Shown here: positions 1-7,762 of the stretch, piece after piece | Position numbering within the stretch: the first letter of the stretch is position 1 | Layout of the letters: each line of letters starts with the position of its first letter | Source: an uncultured Dictyoglomota bacterium | GTDB taxonomy: Bacteria > Dictyoglomota > Dictyoglomia > Dictyoglomales > Dictyoglomaceae | Length of the DNA stretch: 64,000 nt | Direction: 5' to 3' | Assembly: GCA_964654465.1 (NCBI GenBank) | Contig: CAZZIO010000065.1 | Location: forward strand, 96,001-160,000 | Made by a program: the position numbers and the translations under genes | Notes under the pieces: model-generated | Told to the model about the DNA's origin: nothing | Seen by the model: only the letters and a program-made list of their open reading frames with translations | Database searches by the model: none

Positions 1-1
1 G

Positions 2-163
2 GGTACTGACGCTGCAAGAATTGCCATAACCACTGGTACTCCCTCTTTAGTCATTTCCATTCCATCCCGTTATATTCATTCCCCAATGTGTGTGGTAAAC
101 CTTCAAGATTATCAAAATACTTTTAAACTCTTATCCATTATCATTACAAAGGAGGTAAATTAA
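2..163 (+). CDS. C-terminal fragment of an M42-family peptidase (gene starts before the window)
   Basis: Manual translation from base 2: GTDAARIAITTGTPSLVISIPSRYIHSPMCVVNLQDY...KEVN*. GTDA and SIPxRYxHSP match the end of the next M42 gene; its TAA overlaps the next ATG. Confidence 0.85.
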   Translation, partial: GTDAARIAITTGTPSLVISIPSRYIHSPMCVVNLQDYQNTFKLLSIIITKEVN

Positions 164-1176
164 TGAAAGAGCTAATTAAAAAACTTACTACCACCCCTTC
201 TCCCAGTGGAAGGGAAGAAAAGATAAAACAGACCATATTAGAAGAATTACAAGGATATATAGATGGATATAAAATAGACAAATTAGGAAATCTTATTGTA
301 TGGAAAAAGGGTAAAAAAGAAGGAAAAATTCTTTTAGATGCTCATATGGATGAAATAGGGGTTTTAGCTACTTATATAGATGACAAGGGATTTATAAGAA
401 TCGAGCCTATAGGGGGTGTATCTCCTTATAACCTCTTGGGAAGCAGTATTCTATTTCCAGAGATTGAAGGATTTGTAGGAGTAGAAGGAGAAACTTCAGA
501 GGAGATGGCTAAAAATATTAAAAACCTTGATTTTGATAAGATATTTGTAGATATTGGAGCAAATAGTAAAGAGGAAGCTGAAAGTTTGGTTCCTCCTGGC
601 ACTTTTGGAGTTTATTCTTCATCTTTTAGAGACCTTGGAAATCGTGTAGTTTCAAAAGCTATGGATGATCGAGTTGGTTGTGCTATTATTATTGAAGTAT
701 TTAGGAGATCAACTCCCATTTATGATTTGTATGGAAGTTTTTCAGTACAAGAAGAAGTCGGCCTTGTAGGTGCAAGTGTCGTAGCTTTTGATATACAACC
801 AGATGTAGCCATAGCTGTAGATGTAACAGCTCATTCTGATACCCCAAAAGGATTAAAAAGAATATCTTTAGAACTTGGCAAAGGCCCTGCAATAAAGATA
901 AAAGATAGTGCATCCATAAGTGATAGAAGAATTGTAGAAAAATTAAGGTGTTTAGCAGAAAAAAATCAAATACCTTACCAAATTGAAATACTCCTAAGAG
1001 GGGGTACAAATGCTGCTGTCCTTCAAAGAACAAGAGCAGGAATTATAGCAGGAACACTATCTATTCCAACAAGATATGTCCACTCTCCTCACGAAATGAT
1101 AGATATAAGAGATGTAGAAAATGCTGTAAGATTATTTAAAATCTTTGTAGAATCAGAGGATTCTATAAAATTATAA
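163..1176 (+). CDS. M42-family metallo-aminopeptidase (TET/FrvX type)
   Basis: Motifs DAHMDEIG, KAMDDRVG, VQEEVG, DVT, GGTNA, SIPTRYVHSP; GGAGGT RBS. Confidence 0.92.
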   Translation: MKELIKKLTTTPSPSGREEKIKQTILEELQGYIDGYKIDKLGNLIVWKKGKKEGKILLDAHMDEIGVLATYIDDKGFIRIEPIGGVSPYNLLGSSILFPEIEGFVGVEGETSEEMAKNIKNLDFDKIFVDIGANSKEEAESLVPPGTFGVYSSSFRDLGNRVVSKAMDDRVGCAIIIEVFRRSTPIYDLYGSFSVQEEVGLVGASVVAFDIQPDVAIAVDVTAHSDTPKGLKRISLELGKGPAIKIKDSASISDRRIVEKLRCLAEKNQIPYQIEILLRGGTNAAVLQRTRAGIIAGTLSIPTRYVHSPHEMIDIRDVENAVRLFKIFVESEDSIKL

Positions 1177-1182
1177 AATAAT

Positions 1183-1215
1183 GGGGAGGAATAGAGGTAT
1201 ATTTCCTCCCCTTTT
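1183..1215 (+). terminator. Intrinsic terminator
   Basis: GGGGAGGAA...TTCCTCCCC stem followed by TTTT, just after the M42 stop. Confidence 0.8.
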
Positions 1216-1222
1216 ATTACTA

Positions 1223-1251
1223 TTAACAAGATTAAAAATTATGCTTAAAAT
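1223..1251 (+). promoter_or_regulatory. Sigma70-type promoter, probably leaderless transcript of the XRE gene
   Basis: TTAACA-17 bp-TAAAAT; ATG 6 nt after the -10; no SD. Confidence 0.55.
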
Positions 1252-1257
1252 ATTATC

Positions 1258-1575
1258 ATGAATGTGGGGAAGAGGATTAGAGAATTAAGAAAAAAGAAAA
1301 ATTTCAAATTAGAAGACTTGGCTCAAAAAACAGGTCTCTCTCTATCTTATATATCCTTAGTAGAACGAGGCTTAAAAAATCCATCATTAAAAGCTTTAGA
1401 AAAAATAGCAAAAGCTTTTAATGTGCCTACTTCTTATCTATTTTCAGGTGAAACTGAAGAAACCTTAGAAACTTTTCTCAGAGCTAACACCTCATTGGAT
1501 GAAGAAGAAAGAAAAATGATAATTCAGTTAATAAAGTCATTAGAGAGTAGGAAAAATGTACGAGGATCTGACTAA
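1258..1575 (+). CDS. XRE-family HTH repressor (ImmR/DdrO-like)
   Basis: GKRIRELRKKK...LAQKTGLSLSYISLVERGLKNPS HTH_3 pattern plus a short C-terminal helical domain. Confidence 0.92.
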   Translation: MNVGKRIRELRKKKNFKLEDLAQKTGLSLSYISLVERGLKNPSLKALEKIAKAFNVPTSYLFSGETEETLETFLRANTSLDEEERKMIIQLIKSLESRKNVRGSD

Positions 1576-1984
1576 AGAGATTTTAAGTTACTTCTTTATA
1601 AAGAAGCCACCTGTAAAACCTGACGTAATTGCTTATGGTTTAGGTTTTAATATAACATTCACCAAAGTCCCAACTCATAAAATATCTGGAATAATTTACA
1701 ATAAAGAAATATTAATAAATTCATCAGATCCAATAGTAAGACAAAGATTTTCCTTAGCTCATGAGTTAGGACATTATTTCCTACATGATCAATCATCCAC
1801 CATTTATAAATTTGATAAAGAATATATAAGAAAAGAACAAGAAGCAGATTTATTTGCTGCATCTCTTTTAATGCCCATATTTATGTTAGAGAATTATTTA
1901 TATCTCCCGTTAGAGAAGATAGCCAAGATATTTCTTGTATCCAAAAAAGCAGTAGAATTAAGATTAAAAGTTATAACAATCTAA
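1556..1984 (+). CDS. ImmA/IrrE-family zinc metallo-endopeptidase
   Basis: RQRFSLAHELGH (HExxH) and EQEADLFAASLLMP; overlaps the XRE gene by 20 bp. Confidence 0.92.
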   Translation: MYEDLTKEILSYFFIKKPPVKPDVIAYGLGFNITFTKVPTHKISGIIYNKEILINSSDPIVRQRFSLAHELGHYFLHDQSSTIYKFDKEYIRKEQEADLFAASLLMPIFMLENYLYLPLEKIAKIFLVSKKAVELRLKVITI

Positions 1985-2029
1985 TATAATCCTTATTTTC
2001 CAATGATTTAAAACTTCTTTAAAGATATC

Positions 2030-2059
2030 TTGACAAATTTAACATTATTTTAATATACT
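2030..2059 (+). promoter_or_regulatory. Sigma70-type promoter of the porin-DOMON-GH57 unit
   Basis: TTGACA-18 bp-TATACT. Confidence 0.7.
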
Positions 2060-2069
2060 ATTTTCGTTA

Positions 2070-2116
2070 TTAACACGTGTAAAGTTTATTTTTTTTAAGA
2101 TAATTAACACGTGTTA
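2070..2116. promoter_or_regulatory. Two palindromic operator candidates (TAACACGTGT core)
   Basis: TTAACACGTGTAAA at 2070-2083 and the perfect palindrome TAACACGTGTTA at 2105-2116, downstream of the promoter; central CG as in LacI-family sites. Confidence 0.7.
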
Positions 2117-2207
2117 TAAGGAGGTGATTAGAAAATTACAATAAATAATATTCCAAACTTTTCCATCAATGATTTTAAATATTAAAACAAGAAGGGGGAA
2201 TAGAACT

Positions 2208-3657
2208 ATGAAAAGGTTTTTATTGTTTGGATTACTTGTTGTGTTATTTATATATTCGTTTTCTTATGCTCAAGAAGTCACCTTCTATGGATATAGCGAA
2301 ATAGGAGTCCATAGCGAATTTCTTAAAGACTCAAATGGAAATTATTCTAATACCTTAGGTCCTGTAAACCTTGATTATTGGAATACATACTTTAAAGTAA
2401 AAGCAGAACCATCGAGTTTTCTCGAAAGCTATTTTGAACTCAAAATGTATCCAAATTTCAGTAATTTATTTGATCCAGGAATAATTGAAGTACAAAAAGC
2501 CCATTTAACTGCAAAAAGTTCTTTGCTAAATCTTAGAGTTTATTATAAGGAAGACGCAACTCCCTTTGGTGATCCCCTACTTTTAAATAAACCTGGAGAT
2601 CTACCTGGATCTTCCTGGATATGGGGGAATGGATTTGAATTAATAGGAAAACTTTTTAATACAAATATCTTAGCTGGTATCAATTCTTCTGATCAAATTT
2701 CTTATTTAAGATTAAAAAGAAGCTTTGCTCCCCTTCTTATTGGTTTCACAGCAATGGGAACAAATTGGGGAGAAGCTAATAAAGGAAAGAGTCTGTTTGG
2801 TGTTGATGTTACTGGAAAAATCGGACCTGTAGATCTTAAAGCTGAAGGAATATATGGAAAATGTGTATGGGGACCTAACCCTACTGATTCAGAAGGTGGT
2901 TTTGTCTTCTTTGCTGACTTTTCTTCTCAAATTAATTCTATGATAAGAGTATATGGAACAGCTAAAAAAGTGGATTTTGGATATATTAATCAATTTGATT
3001 GGTTCAAAACAGATCAAACCCAATTAATTCCAGGAACAAGCAAATCAGCAGGTACCTATCTAAAACTTGGAGCATTTTTTACACCCCTTTCAAATCTTTC
3101 CATTGAACCTATAGTTGAGTTAACAAGTAGAGAGGATATAACAGAAAAAACAACAAAATTAACGGGTATTGTTACTTATAATCCTACAAAACAAATTTCC
3201 TTAAAAGGTACCCTTGTAAATAGCACTGTTAACAATACAAATTCCACCAGCATAACAGGTGAAGTAACAGTCACTCCTTCTTCTATACTTACTGTTTATG
3301 GAAAAGTTTACTATCCTTTAAATAGTAAATCATCAATTAAATAGTAAATTATCAATATATGGAAACACAACCATTACTCCTCTTACAGACCTTACTTTCT
3401 ATGGTGCACTATCATCTGATCTTAATTCCAATACTACCTGGATATATATTAAACCAAGTTATAAATTATCTAAAGATGTAACCTTAACAGGTATTTATCA
3501 ATATAAAAAGATAGGAGAAACAGAAACCCATACTACATATTATATAAGCTTAAGTTTTAACAATGCCACATTATATTTTGGAAACGCTCCATCAGAAGAA
3601 GGAGCAACCAGTGATTTTGTAAAACAAATTGGAGCTAAAATTTCCTTTGATTTCTAA
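2208..3657 (+). pseudogene. Putative outer-membrane beta-barrel (porin-like) protein, frameshifted by a 19-bp tandem duplication; 476 aa when repaired
   Basis: Signal peptide MKRFLLFGLL...SYA after a GGGGG RBS; alternating beta-strand pattern; premature TAG at 3342-3344 inside repeat copy 2; the shifted frame runs from 3337 to TAA at 3657 and ends ...QIGAKISFDF. Confidence 0.75.
3318..3355 (+). repeat. 19-bp tandem duplication (1 mismatch)
   Basis: TTAAATAGTAAATCATCAA / TTAAATAGTAAATTATCAA. Confidence 0.95.
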
Positions 3658-3671
3658 AAGAGAAAACAAAA

Positions 3672-3696
3672 AGGTGGGGAGTTAAACTCCCCACCT
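3672..3696. terminator. Strong intergenic hairpin (stabiliser or partial terminator)
   Basis: AGGTGGGGAGTT-A-AACTCCCCACCT perfect inverted repeat; no U-tract on +; next RBS follows within 5 nt. Confidence 0.7.
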
Positions 3697-3713
3697 ATAA
3701 AGGAGGTATAAAA

Positions 3714-4517
3714 ATGAAAAGATATCTTATTTTAGTATTCTTAATTCTTCTTTCCTCTACTCTTTTTGCTGAATCTGTAAAATATCCATTAGTTTTTAAT
3801 GACCCTGTAAATGATGATAAAGGACCTGGAACATACGTATACCCAACAGATGCTGTCTTTAAACCTGGAAGCTTTGATTTAACAAAAGTAGTAATTGATG
3901 CTGACAATGAAAATGTATACTTTAAAATTTCTTTTAGAGTTCCCATAGAAAACCCATGGGGAAGCCCTCTTGGCCTTTCCATTCAAACTATACATATTTA
4001 TATTGATAAAGATGGAAAAGAAAATTCAGGTTTTAGAGATTTTATACCAGGAGTAAGGGCTCAAACCACTCTAAATAGTGCTTGGGATATGGCTATATTG
4101 GTAGAAGGTTGGCCTACCGAACTAAAGGCTTCTGTAAAGTCTGCAGTACCTGAAATGTATAAATACTGCATATTCCCTGCAAAGGGTGTAAGTGTGGAAG
4201 GAAATACCATTATAATTCCTGTACCTAAAAAGAGTTTAGGAGGAGATTTTGTGAAAGGCTGGGGCTTCCAAGTTTTTATCCTTGGACAAGAAGGTTTTCC
4301 AACACAAGATCCTGTATCATGCAGAATTAGAGAAGTACTATCTTCTCCACAACAATGGAGATTTGGTGGTGGCGATGATTTCTATGGAGATCCCAATATT
4401 ATTGATTTATTAGATTATGAAGGAATAAATCAATATGAAGTATTAAGCAAATACAAAAGTGATGCTAAATACGAGAAGAATGTATATGCACAAATTCCCT
4501 TCATATACGTGAAATAA
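3714..4517 (+). CDS. Secreted glucodextranase C-terminal (DOMON-like) domain protein
   Basis: Signal peptide; DPVNDDKGPGTYVYPT, FDL, NPWGSPLGLSIQTIHIYID; paralogous to the C-terminal domain of the next gene. Confidence 0.8.
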   Translation: MKRYLILVFLILLSSTLFAESVKYPLVFNDPVNDDKGPGTYVYPTDAVFKPGSFDLTKVVIDADNENVYFKISFRVPIENPWGSPLGLSIQTIHIYIDKDGKENSGFRDFIPGVRAQTTLNSAWDMAILVEGWPTELKASVKSAVPEMYKYCIFPAKGVSVEGNTIIIPVPKKSLGGDFVKGWGFQVFILGQEGFPTQDPVSCRIREVLSSPQQWRFGGGDDFYGDPNIIDLLDYEGINQYEVLSKYKSDAKYEKNVYAQIPFIYVK

Positions 4518-4529
4518 TTAGGAGGGAGA

Positions 4530-7500
4530 TTGTATATGAGAAAACTTTACTTAATCTTTTTGTGTTTGATACTTTTTATCAGTATAGGATTCTCGGAAAA
4601 TATAACACAAATACCAGTAAACCCATATATCTCTAATGTAAAAAAAGTAGAAAAACCTTTATATTTAGCTATAATATGGCACAATCATCAACCTTTATAT
4701 TATGATCCAATTGAGAATTTAAATATAATGCCATGGGTCAGAATGCATGCAATAAAAGATTACTATGATATGGCATATATACTAAAAAACTATCCTCAGA
4801 TTAAAGCTAATTTTAATATGGTCCCCTCCCTCATATATCAATTAGATCTCTATGCCAATAAAGGATTAAAAGACAAATACTTAATTCTAACAGAGAAACC
4901 AGCTGATGAACTAACCCCAGAAGATAAAGACTTTATTTTAAGAAGATTTTTTGATGTAAACTGGGATAGAATAATAAAAAAATTCCCAAGATACTGGGAA
5001 CTCCTAAATAAAAGAGGACAGTCGATAGATGATAATGTCATTTCAAAAGCAATCCAGAACTTTACAGTTCAAGATTTTAGAGATCTTCAAGTTTGGTTTA
5101 ATTTGGCATGGTTTGATCCTGACTTTCAAACTTACGATAAAGATTTATCCAGATTAATACAAAAAGGAAAAGACTTTTCAGAAGAAGACAAAAAAATAGT
5201 AATTAATAAGCAGTACCAAATAATGTCAGAGATCATGAGATTATATTCAGAATTGCAAAAAAACAAACAGATAGAAGTTGCCACTACACCTTTCTTTCAT
5301 CCTATAATGCCTCTACTATATAACATTAAATCTGCCAAAGAAGCAGTACAAGATATAAAGATACCAGACTTAAATATCAGCTATCCAGAAGATGTAGATG
5401 CTCAATTAAAAATGGCAGTAAATTACTATAAGAAATATTTTAAAGACAGCCCAAAAGGTTTATGGCCCTCTGAAGGCTCTGTAAGTCAAGAGATCATTTT
5501 TTCTGTAGTCAATAATGGCTTTCAATGGATGGCAAGTGATGAAGATGTTTTAGCAAAATCCTTAGGTGTTCCTATTACAAGAGATTCTAAAGGTAATGTT
5601 ACAAATCCAGATGTTCTTTATAAACCATATATTGTAGAAGAACAAGGTAAAAAACTATATATGGTATTCAGAGATAAAAATTTATCAGACAAAATTGGAT
5701 TTGTCTATAGCGGAATGAAAGGAGCTAATGCAGCAAAAGACTTTGTAAATTATTTAGAGAATATTTATGAAAGGACAAAAGATACAAAAGACCCATACTT
5801 GGTAACAGTAATCTTGGATGGAGAAAATTGTTGGGAATATTACGAAAATGACGGAAAAGAGTTTTTAAATTCACTATATAAATTATTATCTGATAACCCT
5901 TATATTGAGACTGTAAGAATATCAGATTTTTTAGACAAATTCCCACCTAAAGCTAAAATCAACAGATTACATGCTGGATCTTGGATTGATGGTACTTTTC
6001 TAACTTGGATAGGAGAAAATGAAGAAAACAAAGCATGGGAACTATTAGACAAAACAAGAACAAACTTAATATATGAGACAGTCAAACAAAAAAAGAAAAT
6101 ATCACCAGTACTAAATCCAGTTAATTTAAAATCAGATTTAGAAAAAGCATGGTTTGAATTATATGCAGCAGAAGGAAGTGATTGGTTCTGGTGGTATGGA
6201 GATGATCAGGATTCCACTAATGATATTGCTTTCGATGAGTTATTTAGAAAACATTTGATAAACATATACAAACTAATTAAAAAAGAAATCCCACCAGACT
6301 TACACTTACCTATAGTAAAGATAGGAGAAGAAAAACCTATTCAAAGTCTACAAAGAAAATTTACCCCCAAAATTGATGGAAAAATATATCCTCAAGATGA
6401 ATGGAAAGATTCCGCTATATACAATGTAAAAATTGGAACAGGTACATTCGCAAAACCAGGTAAATTCTTAGAAAGGTTATACTTAGGCTTAGATAACGAT
6501 GCTCTCTATTTCTTGATTGAAAGTAAAGAAACTCTAAAAAACCTGCTTAGAAAACCTTATTATTTAGCTATTTACTTTTCTAACCCATACCTAAAAGAAA
6601 TAAATGTTTATCCAAGAAATTCAGATAAAAGCTTAGGATATGGTATAGGTTATGAAATATTAATAGATTTATCACAAATAAAAGATCTTGGAGAAATAGA
6701 AGTACCTCTAAATCAAGCCTTAGGCAATAATCAATGGAAAGAAATATCAAAAATAAAAGGAGGAATATCTGAGAAATATGTGGAAATAGGAATACCATTC
6801 AAATCCATGAAATTACAAGGCAGAGATCAAATTGCAATCAATGTGATCTTTGGCTCAGACAAACCTGAAGATATAGTCCCTTACTATATACCCATTTATG
6901 TAACAGTACCAGAAGCAAAATTAGACATAGTTTATTTCTCCATTGATGACCCACAGGGAGATGACTACGGTTGGGGAAGCATAGTTTATCCTACTGCTCC
7001 AGTATTTAAATCTGGAGTCTTTGACATAATTCATGTTGAAATGGGAAAAAGTAAAGAAGATATAGTATTCAGGATAAAAATTAGAGGGGATCTTGAAAAT
7101 CCATGGGGTTCACCTACAGGGATTTCTGTACAAACAATTGACATTTATATTAACGATGGAAAAGAAGGTCCATACTATTATAAAGCATTACCTGGAAGGC
7201 AAGCTAATATACCTGAAGGATGGAATAAAGCAATATGGGCTGAAGGCTGGATACAGGAATTGATAATTCCTGTCTTAAACGAAAAAGGGAAGGTAGACTT
7301 AAAGGAAATTAAAGGAGTAGTACAAGTTACAGCAGATCCAACCGAAAGAACTATAATAATTTCAATACCAGAAAAATACTTGGGTACTGTAGATCCAAAT
7401 TGGAAAATACTTATAATAATGTGCGGCCAGGAGGGATATCCAAGACCAGGAAATTGGAGAGTAAGAGAGGTTGAAGAAACAGCAAAACAATGGAGATTTG

Positions 7501-7664
7501 GTGGTGGTGACGACTTCTACGGAGATCCAAATATTATAGATATGATTGTTCCTCCTGGAATAAAACAAGAAGACATATTGTCTAAATGGAAAAGTAGTGA
7601 TGAAGAAGAAAACGTATATGTAGATCTACCTTTGATCCCCCTTAGGGTTTTAATGACTCAATAA
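4530..7664 (+). CDS. Secreted GH57 amylopullulanase with C-terminal DOMON-like domains (start could be ATG 4536)
   Basis: GH57 conserved regions WHNHQP, EVATTPFFHPI, WPSEG, ILDGENCWE, AAEGSDWFWW; C-terminal DPQGDDYGWG...NPWGSPTG. Confidence 0.93.
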   Translation: MYMRKLYLIFLCLILFISIGFSENITQIPVNPYISNVKKVEKPLYLAIIWHNHQPLYYDPIENLNIMPWVRMHAIKDYYDMAYILKNYPQIKANFNMVPSLIYQLDLYANKGLKDKYLILTEKPADELTPEDKDFILRRFFDVNWDRIIKKFPRYWELLNKRGQSIDDNVISKAIQNFTVQDFRDLQVWFNLAWFDPDFQTYDKDLSRLIQKGKDFSEEDKKIVINKQYQIMSEIMRLYSELQKNKQIEVATTPFFHPIMPLLYNIKSAKEAVQDIKIPDLNISYPEDVDAQLKMAVNYYKKYFKDSPKGLWPSEGSVSQEIIFSVVNNGFQWMASDEDVLAKSLGVPITRDSKGNVTNPDVLYKPYIVEEQGKKLYMVFRDKNLSDKIGFVYSGMKGANAAKDFVNYLENIYERTKDTKDPYLVTVILDGENCWEYYENDGKEFLNSLYKLLSDNPYIETVRISDFLDKFPPKAKINRLHAGSWIDGTFLTWIGENEENKAWELLDKTRTNLIYETVKQKKKISPVLNPVNLKSDLEKAWFELYAAEGSDWFWWYGDDQDSTNDIAFDELFRKHLINIYKLIKKEIPPDLHLPIVKIGEEKPIQSLQRKFTPKIDGKIYPQDEWKDSAIYNVKIGTGTFAKPGKFLERLYLGLDNDALYFLIESKETLKNLLRKPYYLAIYFSNPYLKEINVYPRNSDKSLGYGIGYEILIDLSQIKDLGEIEVPLNQALGNNQWKEISKIKGGISEKYVEIGIPFKSMKLQGRDQIAINVIFGSDKPEDIVPYYIPIYVTVPEAKLDIVYFSIDDPQGDDYGWGSIVYPTAPVFKSGVFDIIHVEMGKSKEDIVFRIKIRGDLENPWGSPTGISVQTIDIYINDGKEGPYYYKALPGRQANIPEGWNKAIWAEGWIQELIIPVLNEKGKVDLKEIKGVVQVTADPTERTIIISIPEKYLGTVDPNWKILIIMCGQEGYPRPGNWRVREVEETAKQWRFGGGDDFYGDPNIIDMIVPPGIKQEDILSKWKSSDEEENVYVDLPLIPLRVLMTQ

Positions 7665-7666
7665 TA

Positions 7667-7698
7667 AAGAAGGAGGGGATATAAGGCCCCTCCTTCTT
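7667..7698 (+). terminator. Intrinsic terminator
   Basis: AAGAAGGAGGGG...CCCCTCCTTCTT inverted repeat after the GH57 stop. Confidence 0.8.
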
Positions 7699-7762
7699 GT
7701 TAATCTATCCTATTTTTACATCTTCACAAAAAAATCAATTAGATATAAAATTATTTTTTGTT

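Noticed and set aside
163-1176. M42 protein as an endoglucanase, given the CAZyme context
   Set aside because: M42 members with these metal-binding motifs are aminopeptidases; the cellulase label is a known misannotation.
1258-1984. Prophage or ICE suggested by XRE-ImmA
   Set aside because: No integrase, att-like repeat, tRNA or phage/conjugation gene seen in the window.
2169-3344. 391-aa ORF as a complete gene starting at 2169
   Set aside because: The RBS and signal peptide fit ATG 2208, and the stop comes from the 19-bp duplication.
3345-3660. Long intergenic gap as a possible ncRNA or riboswitch
   Set aside because: It is the out-of-frame 3' end of the barrel gene.
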